Source: Methylotenera sp.
Lineage (GTDB): Bacteria; Pseudomonadota; Gammaproteobacteria; Burkholderiales; Methylophilaceae
Length of the DNA stretch: 39,803 nucleotides
NCBI GenBank assembly: GCA_043780715.1
Contig: JAYWCF010000069.1
Coordinates: 1 to 39,803, forward strand
Direction: 5' to 3'
Shown: positions 1-8,919 of the stretch, in pieces
Position numbering within the stretch: the stretch's first letter is position 1
How the letters are laid out: each line of letters starts with the position of its first letter
Position numbers and translations under genes: made by a program
Notes under the pieces: generated by a model
What the model saw: the letters and a program-made list of their open reading frames with translations, nothing else
Told to the model about the DNA's origin: nothing
Database searches by the model: none

Positions 1-736
1 CACCTTTGCTGCTTGCCGCTTGTAAATAGCGCTCAATTTCTTTATGTGGCACAGCGCCTGGTACTCGTTTTCCGTCTGAAAAAATCAGTGCTGGTGTGCC
101 GGTGATGCCAAATTTACGTGCTAATTCGCCCACTTTCTCTAATGGCACTTCACATTTGCCTGTGCTTGTAGGTAATTGATCTTTTAAAATCCAATCTGTC
201 CACGCTTTTTCACGGTTTGTTGAGCACCAAATACTTCTGGATTTATTAGCGGCATCGGGGTGCAATTGATTGATTGGGTATAAAAACGTATAAATAGTAA
301 CGTCAGTTATATTGCTGAGCTCCTTGCGCTCTAATTGCTTGCAATAGGGGCAATCCACATCTGAAAACACCACCAGCTTACGGCTACCATTGCCTTTAAC
401 AACCTTAATCGCCTGATCTAATGGCAGGCTATTAAAGTCAATTTTGGTCAACTCTTCTAAACGCTCACCTGTCACGTCTTTCTTCGATTTCGGATCAACC
501 AATCGGCCTTCCGCAATGATAAAACTAAGCTTTTCATCTGTATAAATAATTTGTCCGCCCATAAATACTTCATATAGGCCAGCGTATGGCGTTTTAACAA
601 CACTATCCACTTTAAATTTTGGATATGCAGCCTCAATAGCCTTTTTAAGGCTCGCTTCGTCTGCCATTGAAAAGTGACTTACAGCCAACATTGATAACAA
701 TAACAATGATTTAAGTGGCTTCATTTTTAACTTCAT
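1..736 (-). CDS. dsbC: Thiol:disulfide isomerase DsbC family, 3' end truncated by the window edge
   Basis: Not in the ORF track because it has no stop. Manual translation: MKLKMKPLKSLLLLSMLAVSHFSMA (signal peptide), TPYAGLYEV, VFSDVDCPYCK (CXXC), GITGTPALIFSDGKRVPGA (cis-Pro loop). Confidence 0.9.
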   Translation of the reverse strand, partial: MKLKMKPLKSLLLLSMLAVSHFSMADEASLKKAIEAAYPKFKVDSVVKTPYAGLYEVFMGGQIIYTDEKLSFIIAEGRLVDPKSKKDVTGERLEELTKIDFNSLPLDQAIKVVKGNGSRKLVVFSDVDCPYCKQLERKELSNITDVTIYTFLYPINQLHPDAANKSRSIWCSTNREKAWTDWILKDQLPTSTGKCEVPLEKVGELARKFGITGTPALIFSDGKRVPGAVPHKEIERYLQAASSKG

Positions 737-772
737 ATGTACTTTCAAATAGTATAAATTGGTAAAACGGTA

Positions 773-1951
773 TTAATGTACGGCTTGTTTAATCAGTAAT
801 TTCTTAAGGCTAGCTTGCCGCGCAATGACTTTTAAACCCCAATTGCTTAATTTTTTTAGTAGCGTTTGTTCTGTTGCAAATAAATAATCCAAGCCGCTTG
901 TTAAGCTATTCATGCTCATTACATCAGCTTTTCTAGCGCGCTCATATTGACGCAAAAATGCGCGCTCACCCATATCTTGCATTGGATGTAGCTTAGTCGT
1001 TAATTGTGCCAATTGCATTACATCTCTAAAACCTAAATTAACACCTTGGCCAGCCATAGGGTGCACTTGATGCGCCGCATCGCCCACTAAAACAACGCGC
1101 TCAGCAATTAATTGCGATGCGGTTTGTTGATTAAGTGCCGCACTTTTCACCTGTCCAATTAGTGTTAGTTTACCCATCAACCCTTGCGATTGCGCTTGCA
1201 CTTGCTCACACAGTTGCTCACTTGTTAATGCTAACAGTTGAGCGGCTTTTTCGGTTGACACTGACCACACCATGGATACATGGCGATTAGGTAAAGGTAA
1301 CAGCGCCAAAATATCATGCACGCCAAACCATTGTTTTGCCTCATTATTATGCGGATATTCGGCCATTAAATTAGCCACAACCGCCACTTGATGATAATTT
1401 TTTACATTTACTGCAATATTCGCTTGCTGCCTCACCCATGATTGCAAACCGTCCGCCGCTACAATTAGCTTGGCGTTAATTTGCATGGCAGGCTCTGTAT
1501 GCAAAACTACTGCATTTGCCGACTGTTCAATTTTTGTGCCGCGCGCGTCAGTCACTACCGTCATATCCAGCGTTTGCAATTTTTGCCACAGCGCCGTCAT
1601 TAATTGCTGATTTTCAATAATTAAGCCCAACTTAGCCACATTAGCATCGGCTGCGTTTAAAACCAAATCGGTTTCCGCACCCCAAATATGCATCGTATCT
1701 ATCGGATTAACCCGATTTTCATTTACATAATGCCATACGCCAATGTCTTTAAACCAAGCCTCTGTGGCTGGAGTTAAGGCGTATACGCGCTCATCCCAAC
1801 TATCAATGTTTAAATTTAAGCTTAAATCTGGCATCGATTTATCAGACACCAGCACCACTTTTTTATGCTGCAAACTTAAGGCAATTGCCGCTGCAAGGCC
1901 CACCAAGCCAGCGCCAACAACAATCACATCACAATCTATTTTATTTTCCAT
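773..1951 (-). CDS. FAD-dependent ubiquinone biosynthesis hydroxylase, UbiH/UbiI(VisC)/UbiF family
   Basis: Motifs VVGAGLVG (Rossmann), RVYAL, AADG, and LVGDAAHQVHPMAGQGVNLGFRD. It follows pepP-ubiH as ubiI/visC does in E. coli; the exact paralogue is not resolved. Confidence 0.88.
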   Translation of the reverse strand: MENKIDCDVIVVGAGLVGLAAAIALSLQHKKVVLVSDKSMPDLSLNLNIDSWDERVYALTPATEAWFKDIGVWHYVNENRVNPIDTMHIWGAETDLVLNAADANVAKLGLIIENQQLMTALWQKLQTLDMTVVTDARGTKIEQSANAVVLHTEPAMQINAKLIVAADGLQSWVRQQANIAVNVKNYHQVAVVANLMAEYPHNNEAKQWFGVHDILALLPLPNRHVSMVWSVSTEKAAQLLALTSEQLCEQVQAQSQGLMGKLTLIGQVKSAALNQQTASQLIAERVVLVGDAAHQVHPMAGQGVNLGFRDVMQLAQLTTKLHPMQDMGERAFLRQYERARKADVMSMNSLTSGLDYLFATEQTLLKKLSNWGLKVIARQASLKKLLIKQAVH

Positions 1952-3113
1952 AGCTCATTTTGCCGACTAGAAATTCGCGTGCAGGTTTTAACATGGATAG
2001 CGCACCAAGCCCAAAACCACGCGCGCCAGAAACGCCAATCAAATCATTGGAAAATATTTCCAGTAAACCATCGGTAAATTTAAGGCTGCCACGCGCATCA
2101 CGCGCACGCTGATTTTGATATTCTTGCAACATCGATTCACTGCCACATTGGTTTTTTGGCGCAGAAGTTAATAATTTCGCAAATACTTCGGCATCGCGCA
2201 AGCCTACATTAAAGCCTTGCCCCGCCACTGGGTGCATGGTTTGTGCGGCGTTACCAATAATCGCCACATGAGGTATAACGCCCGATTTTAAGGTGCTTAA
2301 TTTAAGCGGAAATCGGTTGCGTTTTTCAATGGATAAAAATTGACCAACGCGATCGCCAAACGCTGTATGTAAAGCCTTTAAAAAAGCATCGTCATCTAAG
2401 GCCATCAAGTCATCAATTTTGGCTTTTTCGCCAGTCCACACTAAAGAAAACTCATGCGAATCGGCACTCTGGCCATTGGGCAATAAGGCCATAGGGCCTG
2501 TTGGCGTAAAACGCTCATACGCCACATTGGCATGCGGAAGCTCAGTTTTCACTTTGCTCACCAGTGCATCATGGCCGTAATCTTTTGTTTCGCGCTCAAT
2601 ATTCGGAACATTTTCCAAGCTACGGCCACCATCGGCAATTACCGCTAAGGGGCTGCTAATACTAACTTCAATATCGGCTTGCTTAAAGAAAACTTCTGCC
2701 GCCGTGGCCTGGTTGCGCACTTCAGTGGCATGCGCCTCATAAAGCACATGATTCAAATCTAGCGCCGCATCAAGCGCTTTGGTTAAAGCGCCGTATGGCA
2801 TCACATAGCCCAATGCAGGCAATTGATGTTCGGCTGCCTCTAATTTAGTACGGCCAAAACCACCGCGTTGAGAGATATGAATGGTTTTAATCGCTGTGGC
2901 TTGCGCTTCAATTTCAGACCAAATATTAAGTTTTTCTAAAATCACACGACTGCCATGCGATAGCGCCAGCGCGCGCGTATCGCTATGCGAAGCGCCTTTT
3001 GCGCGCGCTTCTAGCAGTGTAAATGCCACGCCTTTTTGCTGCAGGCTAAGTGCTAAAACAGCACCAACAGGCCCACCGCCAACGATAATAATAGAATCTG
3101 CTTGTTTCATCAT
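1941..3113 (-). CDS. ubiH: 2-octaprenyl-6-methoxyphenol hydroxylase UbiH-like
   Basis: Motifs IVGGGPVG, RALAL, IHISQRGGFG, ALGYV, AYERFTPTGPMALLP, IGNAAQTMHPVAGQGFNVGLRD. Directly downstream of pepP. Confidence 0.85.
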   Translation of the reverse strand: MMKQADSIIIVGGGPVGAVLALSLQQKGVAFTLLEARAKGASHSDTRALALSHGSRVILEKLNIWSEIEAQATAIKTIHISQRGGFGRTKLEAAEHQLPALGYVMPYGALTKALDAALDLNHVLYEAHATEVRNQATAAEVFFKQADIEVSISSPLAVIADGGRSLENVPNIERETKDYGHDALVSKVKTELPHANVAYERFTPTGPMALLPNGQSADSHEFSLVWTGEKAKIDDLMALDDDAFLKALHTAFGDRVGQFLSIEKRNRFPLKLSTLKSGVIPHVAIIGNAAQTMHPVAGQGFNVGLRDAEVFAKLLTSAPKNQCGSESMLQEYQNQRARDARGSLKFTDGLLEIFSNDLIGVSGARGFGLGALSMLKPAREFLVGKMSYGK

Positions 3114-3129
3114 TTTAATAATTTTTGCA

Positions 3130-4449
3130 TTAGTGCTGCATTAATTGCTCAATATCAGCGATTGTTTTCACCGCATTTTTGGTCAGCACTTCATTGTTCG
3201 TTGCGGTAATCAGCACATCATCTTCAATGCGAATACCAATATTCCAAAAGTGCTCAGGCACACTTTCGGCTGGGCGCACATAACAACCAGGCTCAACCGT
3301 TAAGGTATTGCCCGCCTCTAATATGGCCCAATTGCCAGTTTTATCTTTATAATCGCCTGCATCATGCACATCTAAACCCAGCCAGTGGCCAGTGCGGTGC
3401 ATGTAAAATTGGCGATAGCTGGCATTTTCCAGCACCTCTTCAACGCTACCTTTGCACAATTTAAAATCAATAAAGCCTTGTACTAAAATAGTTAAAGCCG
3501 CTTCATGCGGCGCATTCCAATGATTACCCGGTTTAGCGGCATCAATCGCCGCCAATTGTGACTGCAAAACAACATCATATAAATCGCGCTGGGCTGGGCT
3601 AAATTTGCCATTTACAGGGAAGGTGCGCGTAATATCGCTGGCATAGCCATCCAACTCGCAACCCGCGTCAATCAACAATAAGTCACCATCATTTAAGCGG
3701 CAATTATTGGCATTGTAATGCAGCGTGCAAGCATTGGCGCCGCCTGCCACAATGCTGGTGTAGGCAGGCGCTTGTGCGCCGTTACGATAAAATTCGTGCA
3801 AAAATTCGGCTTCTATTTGGTATTCTTTTTGATTTGGTTGCGTCATTTGCATGGCGCGATTATGTGCTGCCGCCGCAATATTGGCGCTGCGACGCATTAA
3901 ATCGATTTCAAATGGTGTTTTAATCAAACGTTGTTTATCCACTAATTGGCGCACGTCCATAATCGCTTCTGGCGCCGAAACGCCTGTGCGCGCCAAATCT
4001 TTCACTTTGTTAAGCCAATCAGTTATGCGTTTATCCCATGTCGCATCAAAACCCAAGCTGTAAAATAATTGGGTTTGATTAGCCATTAAGCTTGGCATTA
4101 TGGCATCTAGCTCATGAATGCTGTGTGTTTCATCAAAGCCAAATTGCTGTTTGGCCGCCGCAGGGCCAAAGCGAAAGCCATCCCAAATTTCGCGCTCCAT
4201 ATCTTTATCGCGGCAAAATAAAATGCTTTTGGGCGGCTGACTTTTTGCTGCATTACCCCCTATTAAAACCAGCACGCTTTCTGGCTCGGTAAAACCCGTT
4301 AAATAATAAAAATAGCTATCAAAACGGTATGGGTAGTGACTATCCCGATTGCGTACCACTTCTGGTGCGGTAGGGATAATGGCTATACCGTTACCCATTT
4401 TGCTTAAAAGCTGGCTGCGGCGTTGCTGAAATTCGGTTGTATTAAACAT
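3130..4449 (-). CDS. pepP: Xaa-Pro aminopeptidase (aminopeptidase P)
   Basis: Motifs YRFDSYFYYLTGF, LIDAGCELDGYASDITRTFP, HRTGHWLGLDVHD, TVEPGCY, GIRIEDDV (M24B metal ligands). Confidence 0.95.
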   Translation of the reverse strand: MFNTTEFQQRRSQLLSKMGNGIAIIPTAPEVVRNRDSHYPYRFDSYFYYLTGFTEPESVLVLIGGNAAKSQPPKSILFCRDKDMEREIWDGFRFGPAAAKQQFGFDETHSIHELDAIMPSLMANQTQLFYSLGFDATWDKRITDWLNKVKDLARTGVSAPEAIMDVRQLVDKQRLIKTPFEIDLMRRSANIAAAAHNRAMQMTQPNQKEYQIEAEFLHEFYRNGAQAPAYTSIVAGGANACTLHYNANNCRLNDGDLLLIDAGCELDGYASDITRTFPVNGKFSPAQRDLYDVVLQSQLAAIDAAKPGNHWNAPHEAALTILVQGFIDFKLCKGSVEEVLENASYRQFYMHRTGHWLGLDVHDAGDYKDKTGNWAILEAGNTLTVEPGCYVRPAESVPEHFWNIGIRIEDDVLITATNNEVLTKNAVKTIADIEQLMQH

Positions 4450-4476
4450 AAGATAGTTTTATAAAATTCAAATGGT

Positions 4477-5187
4477 TTAAAGCATCAATTTATTCAGAGC
4501 CTGTAATCGCTCAGGCGTTCCAATATCGTGCCACACGCCTTGATAATATTGCGCACTGGCTTTATTTTCGGCAATGGCTTGACGTAATAATGGCGCTAAT
4601 TTGGCAGCATCGCCACGTTTAATTGATGCAAATAAATTGGGGTGATACACGCCTACGCCAGAAAAGGTATGCATGGGCTCGCCTTGATTTATTAATAAGC
4701 CGTTATCAATCGAAAAATCGCCCTGACTGTGTTGTGGCGGATTATCGACCAGCACTAGATTAGCTAAAATTTGTGCGATTTCACCCTCTCCCCCACCCTC
4801 TCCCTTTAAGGGCGAGGGAGTTAGGGTTGCGAAGTCAAAATCAGTATAAATATCACCATTCACCACTAAAAACGGTTCGTTTTCACTGCCATTTTGCGTT
4901 AACAAGGGCAGCGCATTGGCAATGCCGCCTGCTGTTTCTAAAGCTTTTTCTTCTGGGCTGTAGCTAATCTGCAAACCCCATTGGCTGCCATCGCCAAGCG
5001 CGGCTTCTATTTGGCTGCCTAAATGCGCGTGATTAATCACTATTTCTTTAAAGCCTGCTTTGGCTAAATTCTCTAAATGCCAAACGATTAAGGCTTTGCC
5101 GCCCACTTTTAATAAGGGCTTTGGCGTATGGTCGGTAAGCGGGCGCATGCGCTCACCGCGGCCTGCGGCTAAAATCATTGCCTTCAT
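4477..5187 (-). CDS. murU: N-acetylmuramate alpha-1-phosphate uridylyltransferase
   Basis: Motifs MKAMILAAGRGERMRPLTDHTPKPLL, LETAGGI, VNGD, LVLVDNP, WHDIGTPERL. Adjacent to amgK. Confidence 0.9.
   Translation of the reverse strand: MKAMILAAGRGERMRPLTDHTPKPLLKVGGKALIVWHLENLAKAGFKEIVINHAHLGSQIEAALGDGSQWGLQISYSPEEKALETAGGIANALPLLTQNGSENEPFLVVNGDIYTDFDFATLTPSPLKGEGGGEGEIAQILANLVLVDNPPQHSQGDFSIDNGLLINQGEPMHTFSGVGVYHPNLFASIKRGDAAKLAPLLRQAIAENKASAQYYQGVWHDIGTPERLQALNKLML
4781..4822. repeat. Short BoxC-like palindromic element, in frame within murU
   Basis: tcaccctctcccccaccctctccctttaagggcgagggagtt: a pyrimidine-rich tail plus stem CCCTCTCCCT (4796-4805) / AGGGCGAGGG (4809-4818), one mismatch. 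Encodes TPSPLKGEGGGEGE. Confidence 0.65.
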
Positions 5188-5230
5188 AAGGTTAATTCCA
5201 TTGAAATGGCTTTCTTTAAAACAACTGGTA

Positions 5231-6238
5231 TTAAAAGGTAAAGCCTTCTTGCGGCTTAACGTTTTCTAGCTGATTTAACAACCTTAACATTGGGCGCAAT
5301 TCCACATAACGTTCACAGGCTTTGCGCAAATAATGCATCACTAATGGCATGTCTTTTAAATAGCCGTCTTTGCCATCGCGGTGATAAAGCCGCGCAAAAA
5401 TACCCAACACTTTAATATGGCGTTGCGCGCCCATCCATTCAAAATCGCGGTAAAACTCACTAAAATCGGCTGGCACTGGCAAGCCCGCTTTTTTGGCGGG
5501 CTGCCAATAACGCACCGCCCAATCAATAATTTGCTCTTCATCCCACTCTATATAAGCATCTTTTAATAGTGATACTAAATCGTAGGTAATAGCGCCGTGC
5601 ACTGCATCTTGAAAATCCAACACGCCAGGATTTTGCTCTGCCGTCACCATTAAATTACGTGAATGATAATCACGGTGCACCGTTACTTGGCCCTGTGCCA
5701 AAATATTTTCAATCAACACACAAAACGTATTTTGTAGCACCGCCTCTTGTTCTGCACTTAAAGTAATGCCCAAATGTTTGTTGATATACCAATCAGGGAA
5801 AAGCTGCATTTCACGCAACAACAAAGCGGCATCGTAATTGGGCAAGGTGTCGGCTTGGCTAGCCAACTGCATTTTAATCAGCGCATCGGTGGCGTCTGAA
5901 TAGAATTTTTTGGCATTTTCATTATTGAGTACACTTAAATAAGTGTCATCGCCCAAATCACTAATCAGCAAAAAGCCTTGGCTGATATCTTGCGCGATTA
6001 TCTTGGGCACATTTAAGCCAGCGTCTATTAATAATTGCGCCACTTTAACAAATGGCGTGCAATCTTCTTGTGGCGGCGGCGCATCCATGGCAATTAAGGT
6101 GTTGCTTTGCGGATAGGTATCAGCCAAATGCACCCTAAAATAGCGTCTAAAGCTTGCATCGGCCGAGGCTACGGTTAAGGTAAATGGCTGCCTTAATGTC
6201 GCATCCAACCAATGTGTTAATTCTGATAATCTATCCAC
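5231..6238 (-). CDS. amgK: Anomeric MurNAc/GlcNAc kinase AmgK (APH-like fold), GTG start
   Basis: Motifs DASFRRYFR, MDAPP, HRDYHSRNLM, LDFQDAV, YDLVSLLKD, QRHIKVLGIFARL. Divergent from lptD and upstream of murU, the usual context. Confidence 0.88.
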   Translation of the reverse strand: MDRLSELTHWLDATLRQPFTLTVASADASFRRYFRVHLADTYPQSNTLIAMDAPPPQEDCTPFVKVAQLLIDAGLNVPKIIAQDISQGFLLISDLGDDTYLSVLNNENAKKFYSDATDALIKMQLASQADTLPNYDAALLLREMQLFPDWYINKHLGITLSAEQEAVLQNTFCVLIENILAQGQVTVHRDYHSRNLMVTAEQNPGVLDFQDAVHGAITYDLVSLLKDAYIEWDEEQIIDWAVRYWQPAKKAGLPVPADFSEFYRDFEWMGAQRHIKVLGIFARLYHRDGKDGYLKDMPLVMHYLRKACERYVELRPMLRLLNQLENVKPQEGFTF

Positions 6239-6381
6239 AGCAAACCTTTTAAATATTTTTTAATATTGATTTATTCAATACAAGCAAATCAATTGCCTTA
6301 AATTAGCAATTTAAAAACTCGCAACTCAAATACAGTTATATACGATTTTATCATTCATCTGTAAAATAGACAGTCTAGGTT

Positions 6382-8919
6382 TTGTGTAAACAAAAATCAT
6401 TTATTAACCAGCGCCCGTTAATTCGGTGCTTTAATGCCGATTGCGCTCAAAAGAAAACGCCATTGCACAACACTTTTATAAATATTTTTCGCGGCATGAT
6501 TGATTTTGCCCAGCACTACTGCGCGTTAATCGCCACTGTTTTGCTGTCTGGCTTTAGCATGATGGCGGCTGCCGAATCTGTTACAACCGATGCTATACAA
6601 ACACCAGAAACCACTCAGCCTTTAGCCGAAACTAGCGCCCAGCCAGGTACTATTGAAATTGAAGGCGACAAAATGGATTTGTACCTTGACCGCGAAATGC
6701 GCGCCAGTGGTAACGCTTCTATCACTAAGGGCAATCAAAAAATATACGGTGACAGCATACAATACAATGTGCAAGATGATGAGTTGAAAGTGGATGGTAA
6801 TGCGCGTATAGATTTAGGTGACGGGCAAATAACTGGGCCGTCGCTTAAGATGCGCTTATCAGATAGCATTGGTGAAATGCAGGATGCATCAATTACATTG
6901 AATAAAACCTTCAGCAATTCCGTCTCACCAGTGAGCCCCAAAGCTGGCGAAAACGCGTACACGCAATCTAAATTATTGAATACACAGACCAGCTTAACAG
7001 ACGATCCAAAGTTGTATCAAGACAACTACCGCGAACCTGCAACGCCAATTGGTCAATCAATAAACCCAAAATTAAACTCATCGCGCGGCGATGCCAAAGC
7101 GATATTTTTTGAAGGCGAAGATAAAAAACGTTTAAAAAATGCGCGCTACACCACTTGCGAACCCGGCGTGGATGATTGGTACATTAAAGCGCGCGAAATC
7201 GTTCTAGATGATTACACGCAATCGGGCACTGCTACCAATGCGCATGTTGAGTTTAAGGGTGTACCACTTTTGTACATGCCATACATGAGTTTTTCATTTA
7301 GCAATGAACGCAAATCGGGCCTATTAGCACCTACGGTAGGCACAACCAGCAGAAGCGGTTTTGAAACGCTAGTGCCTTATTATATTAATATCGCCCCCAA
7401 TATTGATGCCACAGTAGGTGCGCGCTACTTAAGCAAACGTGGCACGCAGTTTCAAGGTGAACTAAGATATTTAAACGAAAGTTTCTCTGGGCTGGATAGC
7501 GTGGAGTATCTGGACAACGACAATATGACTGGGCAACAACGCTATTATGCAAACCTTACCCATGGCCATCAATTAGGTAATGGCTGGTCTGCGGGCTACC
7601 ATTTTGAAAAAGTATCTGATAATCAATATTTCTCAGAAACTTCTACCCGTATTGTAAGCACTAGTCAGGTAAATTTGCTGCAAGAGGGCAGAGTGGATTA
7701 TGTAGGCGATGTGTGGCGCTTTAATGGGCTGGTCCAACGCTATCAAAATTTAGACCAAATAAATTATGCTTATCAACGTTTACCGCAATTAACATTAACC
7801 GCTGATAAAGAATGGGGTGCGTTTAATACCAATTTTTACAGCCAATGGGTACATTTTTCCCGCAATAGCGATGCGCCAGTAGCACCAACGGGTAGCCGCT
7901 TAACCGTATATCCTTCTATTAGCATGCCATTCACACAACCTTATGGATTTATAACGCCAAAAATTGGTGTGCATGCCAGTTACTATAACTTAAACGATAA
8001 TAACTATATGGTAAATGGTAGCGCTGTTAGTAATAATTCCGCCACACGTACTTTGCCTGTTTTTAGCTTGGACAGTGGCTTATATTTTGAGCGGGATGTA
8101 AAAATTGTTAAAAATAGCTACACACAGACCATAGAGCCCCGCCTATTTTATGTGTACATACCTGATAAAAAACAAGATTTATTGCCGGTATTTGACTCGG
8201 CATTAGCTGATTTAAATTTGACCAGTTTATTTACCGAAAATCAATTTACCGGTAACGATAGAGTGAACAATGCCAACCAGCTTAGTTTAGCAATGACCTC
8301 ACGCATGATTGACAAAAACACTGGCGTTGAGCGACTTTCAGCAACAGTGGGTCAACGCTATTATTTTGCCGATCAAAATGTAACTTTACCAGGCGCCATA
8401 AAATCGCAACGTAACTCTTCAGATATTATTGCTGCCGTCACAGCCAGACTTTCGAACAAATGGAATTTAGACGCTTTTTGGCAATACAACACAGACGATG
8501 CGAGCATCGTGCGCTCCAATGTGCTGGCCAGATACAATCCAGAGCCCGGCAAATTAATGAATGTAGGCTATCGGTATACCCAACAATTCTTAGAGCAATT
8601 CAACATTTCAGGCCAATGGCCAATTAGCCGCGGCTGGTATGGTATTGGTCGATTAAACTACTCAATTCGCGATAAGACATTGATTGAAAGCTTAGCTGGT
8701 CTGGAATACGATGCAGGATGTTGGCAAATTCGTACAGTGTTCCAACGTGTACAAACAGCAACAGCCAATGCCAACTATGGTTTTTTCTTACAGCTTGAAC
8801 TAGGTGGCTTAGCTTCAATCGGCTCAAATCCGCTCAACTTATTACGCCGCGATATACCAGGTTATTTAAGTTCTAGTGAGATTCCAAACATTTATAGGCA
8901 GCAAAATTACAACCAATGA
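6382..8919 (+). CDS. lptD: LPS-assembly outer membrane protein LptD; likely start at ATG 6496
   Basis: Motifs YTTCEPG..W, RKSGLL.P, PYYINIAPN.D.T, QTIEPRLFYVYIP, LFTENQFTGNDR, EYDAGCW, LQLELGGL. Lies upstream of surA-pdxA-rsmA. Confidence 0.95.
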   Translation: MCKQKSFINQRPLIRCFNADCAQKKTPLHNTFINIFRGMIDFAQHYCALIATVLLSGFSMMAAAESVTTDAIQTPETTQPLAETSAQPGTIEIEGDKMDLYLDREMRASGNASITKGNQKIYGDSIQYNVQDDELKVDGNARIDLGDGQITGPSLKMRLSDSIGEMQDASITLNKTFSNSVSPVSPKAGENAYTQSKLLNTQTSLTDDPKLYQDNYREPATPIGQSINPKLNSSRGDAKAIFFEGEDKKRLKNARYTTCEPGVDDWYIKAREIVLDDYTQSGTATNAHVEFKGVPLLYMPYMSFSFSNERKSGLLAPTVGTTSRSGFETLVPYYINIAPNIDATVGARYLSKRGTQFQGELRYLNESFSGLDSVEYLDNDNMTGQQRYYANLTHGHQLGNGWSAGYHFEKVSDNQYFSETSTRIVSTSQVNLLQEGRVDYVGDVWRFNGLVQRYQNLDQINYAYQRLPQLTLTADKEWGAFNTNFYSQWVHFSRNSDAPVAPTGSRLTVYPSISMPFTQPYGFITPKIGVHASYYNLNDNNYMVNGSAVSNNSATRTLPVFSLDSGLYFERDVKIVKNSYTQTIEPRLFYVYIPDKKQDLLPVFDSALADLNLTSLFTENQFTGNDRVNNANQLSLAMTSRMIDKNTGVERLSATVGQRYYFADQNVTLPGAIKSQRNSSDIIAAVTARLSNKWNLDAFWQYNTDDASIVRSNVLARYNPEPGKLMNVGYRYTQQFLEQFNISGQWPISRGWYGIGRLNYSIRDKTLIESLAGLEYDAGCWQIRTVFQRVQTATANANYGFFLQLELGGLASIGSNPLNLLRRDIPGYLSSSEIPNIYRQQNYNQ

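Noticed and set aside
5231-6238. Possible aminoglycoside phosphotransferase resistance gene
   Set aside because: The fold is APH-like, but the motifs and the lptD/murU context identify the housekeeping kinase AmgK.
6239-6381. AT-rich amgK/lptD intergenic region as an origin or ncRNA
   Set aside because: No DnaA-box cluster, iterons or stable structure seen. It is adequately explained as a divergent promoter region.
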